IMG/VR virus record: IMGVR_UViG_3300021085_000144
Span: 1 to 29,942 of that record
DNA: 29,942 nucleotides
From: a virus
Lineage: Duplodnaviria > Caudoviricetes
Strand: one strand, 5' to 3'
Part shown: positions 8,214 to 15,115 of the stretch, piece after piece
Numbering within the stretch: position 1 is the stretch's first letter
Layout of the letters: each line of letters begins with the position of its first letter
Translations under genes and position numbers: made by a program
The notes under the pieces: generated by a model
What the model saw: only the letters and a program-made list of their open reading frames with translations
What the model was told of the DNA's origin: nothing
The model's database searches: none

Positions 8214-8381
8214 TTATAGTTTATTATATTTTCTCATATCTTCAAATACTTGTTGTATCACATGGTCATTGTCGCTCTCTTGTATTGTGCTGACAAGCCA
8301 AGTTATCTCATCTATTGGGTCTGTACATTCAGTTAGTACCCAATCAGCGTACTTCTTTGCTTCTGTTTGTGTAATAGTCAT
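8214..8381 (-). CDS. Hypothetical early protein (start revised to MTITQTEAKK)
   Basis: ATG follows the repeated AAAAAGAAACAATT leader. Confidence 0.65.
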   Translation of the reverse strand: MTITQTEAKKYADWVLTECTDPIDEITWLVSTIQESDNDHVIQQVFEDMRKYNKL

Positions 8382-8394
8382 AATTGTTTCTTTT

Positions 8395-8577
8395 TTATAA
8401 TTCTTCCTCATGGTATACTTCGTGCAACCAATCCTCAATAGCCATTCCATCTTCGTATTTGATGCTCGTAAGAGATGCTATTTTATTCTCGTTTTGTATC
8501 TGTTGTTTAGATCCCCAATAGTTGGGTAGTTGTATGCGTTCCATTTCTTGCAATACAAGTTGTTTTAAGCTTCTCAT
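8395..8577 (-). CDS. Hypothetical early protein
   Basis: 60-aa ORF ending EEEL. Confidence 0.65.
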   Translation of the reverse strand: MRSLKQLVLQEMERIQLPNYWGSKQQIQNENKIASLTSIKYEDGMAIEDWLHEVYHEEEL

Positions 8578-8588
8578 TTTGCTTTTAT

Positions 8589-8753
8589 TTATATTGCTTC
8601 TAATTGTATTCTAACATACTCCCCGTTTCCATCAGTTTCTACATCAGCTATTGAGCAGTCTGTTAGGTGTTTAATTTGAGATATGTTAGTAAGAGTTTTT
8701 ATATTCAAACAACACATATCGTTTCCATTGTAATCTTCTATAAATATTCTCAT
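8589..8753 (-). CDS. Hypothetical early protein (start revised to MRIFIEDY)
   Basis: ATG follows hairpin + AAATCCAAACATT leader. Confidence 0.65.
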   Translation of the reverse strand: MRIFIEDYNGNDMCCLNIKTLTNISQIKHLTDCSIADVETDGNGEYVRIQLEAI

Positions 8754-8768
8754 AATGTTTGGATTTGT

Positions 8769-8789
8769 GAGGGGGGATCTCACCCCCTC
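8769..8789 (-). promoter_or_regulatory. G/C-rich intergenic hairpin, copy 1
   Basis: GAGGGGG-TGAGATC-CCCCCTC followed by ACAAATCCAAACATTATG. Confidence 0.55.
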
Positions 8790-8797
8790 GTTATTAT

Positions 8798-9085
8798 TTA
8801 GCATTTAATTCCCCATACATTTATTGAGGATCTATCTTCAATTGCTCTGGACATTTCCTCTGAATGTTCCTCCCAGATCCCGAAGCTTTCAATGTGGCAC
8901 CAATTCCCTGCAATATTGTATTGTCCTCTTCCTACTTCCTCCCCATTGTATTCAATCGTTATGGAAAAATTCTCTGTGTCCATTCTGTTACCCAGATACA
9001 CTTCAAAATCTCTAGGATCAAAGTCTAGTAAGTTTTGATAGTCGCTCTGGAAGATCTCGTTTAAAATTGTTTCTTTTGTTTTCAT
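8798..9085 (-). CDS. Hypothetical acidic early protein
   Basis: 95-aa ORF, MKTK start. Confidence 0.7.
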   Translation of the reverse strand: MKTKETILNEIFQSDYQNLLDFDPRDFEVYLGNRMDTENFSITIEYNGEEVGRGQYNIAGNWCHIESFGIWEEHSEEMSRAIEDRSSINVWGIKC

Positions 9086-9090
9086 TGTGT

Positions 9091-9336
9091 TTAGTATAAA
9101 ATTGATTTTTCTATTAGCTTTATCTGGTATTTAGGAAGTTCTTCACAGTACTCTAGGTACTTATCAAATGTCTTCTCGCATTGTCTGTCGTGCTTGTTGT
9201 ACGCTTTATCATCTCCATCTCCATCAGCAATATTGCGTAGTCTATCAGCTTCATTGTGCTTTATTAACCAATTTACTGCCGATTTCACCTGCTTTAGATT
9301 TGCTTTGTTTTTTATATCGATTCCCTTGTAGTTCAT
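9091..9336 (-). CDS. Hypothetical early protein
   Basis: 81-aa ORF after hairpin copy 2. Confidence 0.7.
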   Translation of the reverse strand: MNYKGIDIKNKANLKQVKSAVNWLIKHNEADRLRNIADGDGDDKAYNKHDRQCEKTFDKYLEYCEELPKYQIKLIEKSILY

Positions 9337-9351
9337 AATTTCTGGATTTAT

Positions 9352-9371
9352 GGAGGGAGTTTCCCCCCTCC
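9352..9371 (-). promoter_or_regulatory. G/C-rich intergenic hairpin with GAAA tetraloop, copy 2
   Basis: GGAGGGGG-GAAA-CTCCCTCC followed by ATAAATCCAGAAATTATG. Confidence 0.6.
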
Positions 9372-9385
9372 GTTGGTTTATATGT

Positions 9386-9724
9386 TTATACTAATTGCTC
9401 ACTGTAAGCCTCAAAGAATTTGTTGTAAATTATCTCAAAGGTCATTTCATTGTAGCTATTGAATCTTCCCCCCGTAAATTCGCTTTCACTGGTGAAGGGG
9501 TCATAGTCAAACGCTTGAGCGATTTTTTTCGCTTGATAGTTATAAATAACATCTTCGCACCCGTCAATAATTTCCCAGACATGGTCATTTATTTCGTCAT
9601 TGTCATAGTCCTCAGAAGTAAATCCGTAGCTATCCACTAAGCATTCATAAACATGAGGTACTAAAATAGTGTTAACGTATTCTTTCACTTGGTATGGGTT
9701 ATTGTAGTTTTCAAAGTTTGCCAT
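9386..9724 (-). CDS. Ocr-like (T7 gp0.3-like) acidic DNA-mimic anti-restriction candidate
   Basis: 112 aa, 22 D/E vs 5 K/R; HVYECL...DNDEINDHVWEIIDG resembles Ocr HAYEML...DTDDLHDAIHMAADN; near the start of the early operon. Confidence 0.55.
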   Translation of the reverse strand: MANFENYNNPYQVKEYVNTILVPHVYECLVDSYGFTSEDYDNDEINDHVWEIIDGCEDVIYNYQAKKIAQAFDYDPFTSESEFTGGRFNSYNEMTFEIIYNKFFEAYSEQLV

Positions 9725-9798
9725 AATAATAGTTTTTAAATTAATTTTTTATAAATGTATTTTGATTGTTTTTGATATCCTAGAAATTTAACATTTCA

Positions 9799-9984
9799 TT
9801 AAGATAGTTTTCTTCTATTGTATTCCTCCGTTAGTAACGTTTGGAATGTTTCATTTTCTTCTGTGGGTTCGCAAAAGCTAACTAATAAACTTCTTCTTTC
9901 AATTTCTTCATTTGTCATTCGTGAAATTAAACGAACCCAAATGTCGTTTCTTTGTGTGTGGTTAAAATCTAGTGTCGTTTGCAT
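9799..9984 (-). CDS. Hypothetical protein, first gene of the early operon (start revised to MQTTLDF)
   Basis: ATG about 25 nt downstream of the 10010-10042 promoter, with A-rich leader. Confidence 0.65.
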   Translation of the reverse strand: MQTTLDFNHTQRNDIWVRLISRMTNEEIERRSLLVSFCEPTEENETFQTLLTEEYNRRKLS

Positions 9985-10009
9985 CGTTATTTTGTTTTTG
10001 ATTACATGG

Positions 10010-10042
10010 CAAACATAAAGCAAGAAAGTAATACTATCCAAA
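10010..10042 (-). promoter_or_regulatory. Bacteroidota-type early promoter
   Basis: Minus strand TTTG-N21-TATGTTTG. Confidence 0.75.
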
Positions 10043-10491
10043 ATTTTAACATTTCTTTAACATTTGAAACCATTTTACTGGGGTTCCCAGAGGTTCGCAC
10101 GAATGGACACAATATAAAATAAAAGTATTTCCTCTGGTTTACAAGGGTTTAAACTATATAAAAGGAGTTGTATTTTGTTGGGGGTTTGTTTATAGATATT
10201 TGTAAATGCGTTGGGGATTATTCCATACCTCAGCATATGAAAACCTATATTTTCCAGGGGGAAACCTAAAAGAGTTTAGATAGTAGCTTAGATACACCCC
10301 TAGCCCATACAAAAGACAAAAAGTTCCAGAGCGTTGACCTATTAAGCTGAGGGGGTGGGTTGAAAGAAATGGTTTTTCTGTGGGGGTGTGGAGTGTGTAT
10401 TGTATATATAACCCAAAACCTCCACATATCTCATATAACCAAAAAGTGGTTAGATTCGTTAAGAATCTCTCTATTGTTAGTACTTCCCACG

Positions 10492-10559
10492 TGGCACTAA
10501 TTTGTGTCATTTCAATGTTTATATATATGTATGCACTTAATTGACACAAAACTCTGCCA
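10492..10559. repeat. Imperfect 68-bp dyad (TGGCA-N4-TTTGTGTCA ... TGACACAAA-N4-TGCCA)
   Basis: Arms are symmetric about the ATATAT centre at 10523-10528. Confidence 0.6.
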
Positions 10560-10604
10560 TCTGTTGTATGTACAAATGTCATATAGAAATTAATAGGCAT
10601 TTAG

Positions 10605-10635
10605 TTTGATTATGTTATAGAATAGTTTACCTTTG
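10605..10635 (+). promoter_or_regulatory. Bacteroidota-type promoter (putative sRNA promoter)
   Basis: TTTG-N19-TACCTTTG exact consensus. Confidence 0.75.
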
Positions 10636-10638
10636 GTA

Positions 10639-10710
10639 TCAGTTTGTTTCATATATAGTTTAGTGGAAAGGAACAGGGGGTTTTAACATCTATGTTGACC
10701 CCCTTTCTTT
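10639..10710 (+). ncRNA. Putative ~70-nt small RNA with an anti-start-codon 5' segment (ends approximate)
   Basis: Lies between a consensus promoter and an intrinsic terminator; 5' UUUGUUUCAUAU is complementary to AUAUGAAACAAA. Confidence 0.45.
10675..10710 (+). terminator. Intrinsic terminator
   Basis: AGGGGGT...AACAT/ATGTT...ACCCCCT stem followed by TTCTTT. Confidence 0.7.
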
Positions 10711-10724
10711 ATTCTATATCTTTG
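10695..10724 (+). promoter_or_regulatory. Promoter embedded in the terminator; nearly leaderless transcript for 10732..10899
   Basis: TTG-N19-TATCTTTG, with ATG 7 nt downstream. Confidence 0.6.
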
Positions 10725-10731
10725 AGGTCAT

Positions 10732-10899
10732 ATGTTTATAATCACATTACTTTTTCCTAATGCCTTGATGCTGGGGTTTGAATACTTCGAGGAGACAGAA
10801 GATCTACAGTTTAATGAGTTTAATTTGTATCTGTTATTCATTGTTGTGGCATATAGATGGAGGAATGATGGGAAAAAGATCCGTAATATTGAGTTGTAG
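10732..10899 (+). CDS. Hypothetical 55-aa protein MFIITLLFPNALMLGFEYFEE...
   Basis: Open frame with its own promoter; below the ORF-track cutoff. Confidence 0.6.
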   Translation: MFIITLLFPNALMLGFEYFEETEDLQFNEFNLYLLFIVVAYRWRNDGKKIRNIEL

Positions 10900-10923
10900 A
10901 TTACAATAATCTTTGTATATTTG
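10894..10923 (+). promoter_or_regulatory. Promoter of the groEL-groES operon
   Basis: TTG-N19-TATATTTG, 25 nt upstream of the groEL ATG. Confidence 0.65.
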
Positions 10924-10948
10924 ACAATAAATCAAATTCAATATACAA

Positions 10949-12541
10949 ATGATAGAAAAAGATGTAATCTTTGATGAAAATGCAAGGTTTAAGTTGTCTA
11001 ATGGTATCAATCTGTTGGCAAATGCTGTAAAACAGACCTTAGGAGCAGCAGGAAATACAGTTATTTTAGAGGATGAAGTAGGTAGACCACACATTACAAA
11101 GGATGGAGTCACCGTAGCTAAGTCTATTAACGTAACAGATCCAGTAGAACATCTAGGAGCTACAGTAGTTAAGCAAGCATCTATCAAAACAGCTGATGAA
11201 GCTGGGGATGGAACGACAACATCTATCGTTATAACGCAAGGATTGATCAATAAGGCGTTTGAAAAGATAAATAAAGGAGAACTTAACGTAACTAAGCTAA
11301 GAAATGCCCTGGAGGATCTTTCTTTTGATGTAATAAAAGGCATTACAAAGCGTTCTAAGGCTGTTACAGAAGAAAACTTGATAGATGTAGCGACTATATC
11401 GGCAAATAACGACACAGAGCTCGGAAATATCATTGCAGAGGCTTACACTAAGGTTGGAGTGGACGGTGTTGTAACCATTGAAGAGTCTATGACCAAGCAA
11501 ACTTACATAGAAGTTGTAGAGGGAACTAGAATCAAGAGAGGATTTGAGAGTCCTTACATGATTACAGACAAAGAAAAAAATCAATCAGTACTAGAAAACC
11601 CTTATGTATTAGTTTCTGACAAGAAAATACAGGTTGTAGAGGACATAGAGCCATGCCTTAGGGTTGCAATGCAGAACAAACGTCCTATATTGATCATATC
11701 AGAGATGGAAACCTCTGTAATGAACCTATTGAACGTAAATAAAGCAAGGGGTATTGTCAAAGTTAATGTGGTTTCTCCAGAAGGGGTTGGACTAAATAGG
11801 TTTGAACTACTAGAGGACCTAGCTATGATGACTAATGCAGTGCTTATTTCTGATGAAACTGGCAACGACTTCTCTGCTGTGGATGAATCTTTCTTAGGTG
11901 AGGTTAAAAAGTCAGTGTCATCTGACAGAGAAACCATTATAAGCCTAAAAAATTCTGAAAAAATAGCTGACGCTATTAGTAATAGAGCAGAGATGGTTCG
12001 TAACATACTAAAAAAGAAAGAAGACCAATCAAATGATTGGCATTATAAAGACAGGCTATCCAGACTCTCTGGTGGAATTGCTGCTATACATGTAGGTGCC
12101 TTAACTGAAGTGGAGATGAAAGAGAAGAAGGACAGGGTAGAGGACGCTATATTCGCAACTCGAGCTGCACTTGAAGAAGGAATCGTTGCAGGTGGTGGTG
12201 TAGCTCTATACAACGCAGCTATGGATGTACATTCAATGTACTTTAAGGAAAAGGATAAAGAGAGAAAGGAAGCTTGTGTTATACTTGCACATGCCTTAAC
12301 ACAGCCTATTCAACAGATCTTAGGCAATGCTTCTATGGACTATGATGAGTTCGTAGAAAGACTTGACAAGGTTAGACGTAGAAACTATGGATATGATGTA
12401 AAGAAGAAAAGATTTGGCAATATGTTCTCCTTAGGGATTATTGATCCCCTTAAGGTTACAAAGAATGCATTACAGAATGCCATCTCTGTATCTATAACAA
12501 TCCTAACAACTAACTGTGTAATTTCAAATAAAAGAGCATGA
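10949..12541 (+). CDS. groEL: Phage-encoded group I chaperonin GroEL/Cpn60
   Basis: ITKDGVTVAK, AGDGTTT, ATISAN, EMKEKKDRVEDA, EEGIVAGGG and GIIDP.KVT motifs; no GGM tail. Confidence 0.96.
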   Translation: MIEKDVIFDENARFKLSNGINLLANAVKQTLGAAGNTVILEDEVGRPHITKDGVTVAKSINVTDPVEHLGATVVKQASIKTADEAGDGTTTSIVITQGLINKAFEKINKGELNVTKLRNALEDLSFDVIKGITKRSKAVTEENLIDVATISANNDTELGNIIAEAYTKVGVDGVVTIEESMTKQTYIEVVEGTRIKRGFESPYMITDKEKNQSVLENPYVLVSDKKIQVVEDIEPCLRVAMQNKRPILIISEMETSVMNLLNVNKARGIVKVNVVSPEGVGLNRFELLEDLAMMTNAVLISDETGNDFSAVDESFLGEVKKSVSSDRETIISLKNSEKIADAISNRAEMVRNILKKKEDQSNDWHYKDRLSRLSGGIAAIHVGALTEVEMKEKKDRVEDAIFATRAALEEGIVAGGGVALYNAAMDVHSMYFKEKDKERKEACVILAHALTQPIQQILGNASMDYDEFVERLDKVRRRNYGYDVKKKRFGNMFSLGIIDPLKVTKNALQNAISVSITILTTNCVISNKRA

Positions 12542-12795
12542 AGGCAATAGGACAGTTTGTAGTTTTAAGAAAAAAAGTAGAAGAAGTTAAAAGCAGCAGT
12601 GGGCTTATTATGACCGAATATACTGACAAGGATATTCGATACAAGCTCGCTGAAGTTGTTAGCGCAGGAGAAGAGGTTAATGGTCTAGATGAAGGAGATA
12701 TGGTTTACTATGACTCAGCAGCAGGATCAGAGATTAGAGTTGAAGGAGAAAAATTAACAGTTATACCAGATAGACAAATAGTAGTTAAACTTTGA
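12538..12795 (+). CDS. groES: Co-chaperonin GroES/Cpn10-like
   Basis: 85 aa; mobile-loop-like KSSSGLIM, VVSAG and L.EGD.V.Y; ATGA-coupled to groEL. Confidence 0.88.
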   Translation: MKAIGQFVVLRKKVEEVKSSSGLIMTEYTDKDIRYKLAEVVSAGEEVNGLDEGDMVYYDSAAGSEIRVEGEKLTVIPDRQIVVKL

Positions 12796-13532
12796 GACTA
12801 TTCGAATTTGAAGATGATAACTTAACACTACAGACAGAGCATGATTTCAAAGGTTACGACTTCGTATGGTACGACAATCCTATTGATCATTTTGACTTAT
12901 ACGAAGTACAACACAGGGTTTTATCCTTTGAGCAGCTACGCTACTACGCTGAAGTATTATTTTATCTAAACCCAGACATAGACTTTGGATTATTCCAAGG
13001 CATCTTTCGCCACATAGGAAGCAGAGATAGCGGTAAGAGCATAAGAACTTACAGCAAACCTCGTGTAGATCAAATGATTGAAGAGGTGTACAAGTTTCAA
13101 AATCACCCATACTGTAGAAGAATGCGTAAGGTTGTGTTTAATCCACAGGTAATAATATCTACAGAAGAAAAATTAGCCGTCACATCCCATGTTGTAAAGA
13201 GAGGAATATCCTATACAGAGTTTGATCTAAGACAAACAGTAGAGAAACTATTTGATAGACAGCAAGTTATAACTCAAGACAGCATTGCTAAGGAAATGAT
13301 GTGCAGCAGAAGTACAGTAGTAAGATTAATGAATAATATGATAAAAGACATAATCGACAAAAAGAACGAAGTAACAAAGAGAGAGATTATGATATCTAAA
13401 TGTATAGAGTTTATAGATGTCCTATCAGACTCTGGAAGTCCTATGAAGATGCAAGAGCTTAAGAATATGACTAGCATTAGGGACTACTCAGTTATAAGAG
13501 AAGCAGTTAGTCGTTACGAGTCAGGGTTTTAG
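12792..13532 (+). CDS. Hypothetical protein with C-terminal HTH
   Basis: TQDSIAKEMMCSRSTVVRLM HTH pattern; TTG start overlapping the groES stop. Confidence 0.7.
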   Translation: MRLFEFEDDNLTLQTEHDFKGYDFVWYDNPIDHFDLYEVQHRVLSFEQLRYYAEVLFYLNPDIDFGLFQGIFRHIGSRDSGKSIRTYSKPRVDQMIEEVYKFQNHPYCRRMRKVVFNPQVIISTEEKLAVTSHVVKRGISYTEFDLRQTVEKLFDRQQVITQDSIAKEMMCSRSTVVRLMNNMIKDIIDKKNEVTKREIMISKCIEFIDVLSDSGSPMKMQELKNMTSIRDYSVIREAVSRYESGF

Positions 13533-13995
13533 AGTTCATCTTCTTGATCATATTCTTATATATCTTATCCATATAAGACTTTCCTTTAAATATTTCGTTT
13601 CTGTATGGGTCTTCTGATATAATCTCCTGATGCGTGAGCTTCTTGTACATGTGATTACATATCCTCTTTGCCTTTATAGTCAGTTCCCATAGGTTTGATC
13701 GCTGTGTTTCTTTACGATCTCTCCACTTTCTTATGAGTCCATCCTTAACCATTTGAGAAAACCTACCCTTATCCCACGACATAGTCCTGGCGAAGTCATT
13801 GAATACGTCCTTTGTGAAAACATTTTCATCGTATAGGAACAGAATCATGTCAAGCTCTGCCTCTGATATTTCGTATTTGTTCTTGATGTAGTACTTAACT
13901 ACTCTGTGGTACTTTAGGAAGTTGAATTCTTTTTCTCGAAATTGATAAACTGGGGTTTTATTTGGCTTCTTTTTAACGTATAATCGTTTAAACAT
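13507..13995 (-). CDS. Putative winged-helix (MarR-like) regulator
   Basis: ISEAELDMILFLY...MVKDGLI..W...LWELT.KAK wHTH pattern; own divergent promoter. Confidence 0.6.
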   Translation of the reverse strand: MFKRLYVKKKPNKTPVYQFREKEFNFLKYHRVVKYYIKNKYEISEAELDMILFLYDENVFTKDVFNDFARTMSWDKGRFSQMVKDGLIRKWRDRKETQRSNLWELTIKAKRICNHMYKKLTHQEIISEDPYRNEIFKGKSYMDKIYKNMIKKMNSKTLTRND

Positions 13996-14022
13996 CTATA
14001 GATTGTGATTAGATTAGATGAA

Positions 14023-14052
14023 CAAATCTACAAAATAAAATGTTTATCTTTG
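14023..14052. promoter_or_regulatory. Back-to-back -7 promoter elements (TAGATTTG minus, TATCTTTG plus)
   Basis: Both match TAnnTTTG in a 73-bp divergent gap; -33 boxes not evident. Confidence 0.6.
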
Positions 14053-14068
14053 CACTATATATAATGAT

Positions 14069-14368
14069 ATGGCAAAGCAGTTAGACAAATCGAAGATGAA
14101 GTGTAACTCTCCTAGAAAGAGTCCAAATCCAAAGAAGAAAAAAGTTGTTAAAGCTTGTTCTGGAGGACAGGAGAAGATTATACATTACGGAGCGTCTGGA
14201 TACGGTCATAACTACAGCGCTGCTGCACGAAAATCATTTAAGGCACGTCATAAGTGCTCTAGTGCAAAAAACAAGCTCTCAGCTCGCCATTGGGCTTGTA
14301 AAGACTTGTGGAGCGGTAAAGGAGGCTCCACAAAATCATCTCCTAAATCAAGACAAGGAAAATACTAA
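14069..14368 (+). CDS. Small highly basic protein
   Basis: Lys-rich; ARKSFKARHKC...ARHWAC..LW. Confidence 0.75.
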   Translation: MAKQLDKSKMKCNSPRKSPNPKKKKVVKACSGGQEKIIHYGASGYGHNYSAAARKSFKARHKCSSAKNKLSARHWACKDLWSGKGGSTKSSPKSRQGKY

Positions 14369-14371
14369 GGT

Positions 14372-14554
14372 ATGTACGGAAAAAATAAAAATAAAAAGAA
14401 GAATAGTAAAATGGGACCATTGACTGAAAAAGAAACAATGGCTATTCCATTTAATAATGCAGCTATTAAAAGAATAATGCAAACTAAGAAGGTTGGAACT
14501 TCTGGAGCTGCAGGAACAACTTTTGTAACTAAAAAACCTAAAGTAAAAGCGTAA
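14372..14554 (+). CDS. Small basic protein
   Basis: 60-aa Lys-rich ORF in operon. Confidence 0.6.
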   Translation: MYGKNKNKKKNSKMGPLTEKETMAIPFNNAAIKRIMQTKKVGTSGAAGTTFVTKKPKVKA

Positions 14555-14724
14555 TGAGTTTTTTAAATAAACACAAAGGTCTTGGAGACACTGTAGAAGC
14601 TGTAACGCAGGCTACTGGTATTAAGGCTGTTGTTGAGGCAGGAGCTAAAGCTTTTAATAAGCCTTGCGGATGTCAAGGTAGAAAGAAAACATTAAACGAC
14701 CTTTTTCCTTATGGCAAAAAGTAA
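14554..14724 (+). CDS. Small protein MSFLNKHKGLGDTVE...PCGCQGRKKTLNDLFPY
   Basis: 56 aa, TAATG-coupled; GLGD and CGC motifs; not in ORF track. Confidence 0.7.
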   Translation: MSFLNKHKGLGDTVEAVTQATGIKAVVEAGAKAFNKPCGCQGRKKTLNDLFPYGKK

Positions 14725-14872
14725 AACAAAAATAAACCGTGGCAACAAGATCTGTTCAGCTGGTATTTCTTGGGCTAAGAGGACTTTTGACAAGTATCCC
14801 TCTGCCTATGCTAATATGGCTGCGTCTAAATATTGTAAGGATCCTAACTACGCTAAAAAATCTAAACGATAA
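14711..14872 (+). CDS. Small basic protein MAKSKTK...FDKYPSAYANMAASKYCKDP
   Basis: 53 aa, coupled to the next gene by TAATG; not in ORF track. Confidence 0.7.
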   Translation: MAKSKTKINRGNKICSAGISWAKRTFDKYPSAYANMAASKYCKDPNYAKKSKR

Positions 14873-15114
14873 TGGCAGGAGCTCTTAAAAAATGGAGAGA
14901 CCAAAAGTGGGTTAGAATAGGAACAGACGGTTCTATACTAGGAGAATGCGGTACTAGTAAAAATAAAAAGAATCCAGATCGTTGCTTGCCTATGTCGAAA
15001 GCTAAAAGTCTTAGCAAAGCACAGAGAGCAGCGACTGCAAAGAAAAAGAAAAAGTCTGGTGGAAAGAAACAGTTTGTTTCTAACACTAAGGCTGCAAAAG
15101 TAAAAACAAGATAA
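14872..15114 (+). CDS. Small basic protein (LKKW...KW...CG...RCLP)
   Basis: 80-aa Lys-rich ORF. Confidence 0.75.
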   Translation: MAGALKKWRDQKWVRIGTDGSILGECGTSKNKKNPDRCLPMSKAKSLSKAQRAATAKKKKKSGGKKQFVSNTKAAKVKTR

Positions 15115-15115
15115 T

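Noticed and set aside
7465-8410. Junction repeats as a CRISPR array
   Set aside because: Spacing is gene-sized and irregular, the repeats overlap start/stop codons, and there are no cas genes.
1144-10018. Short plus-strand ORFs within the left arm
   Set aside because: All lie antisense to well-supported minus-strand genes.
10349-10393. G-quadruplex
   Set aside because: Only three tracts of three or more G, with long loops; weak support.
10190-10600. 136-aa minus-strand ORF
   Set aside because: Atypical composition, no A-rich start context, and it overlaps the dyad and promoter region; likely spurious.
10834-12006. Minus-strand ORFs of 199, 95 and 134 aa
   Set aside because: Antisense shadows of groEL.
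10949-12795. groEL/groES as host chromosome flanking a prophage
   Set aside because: Reversed gene order, divergent motifs and phage genes on both sides; no integrase or other host genes.
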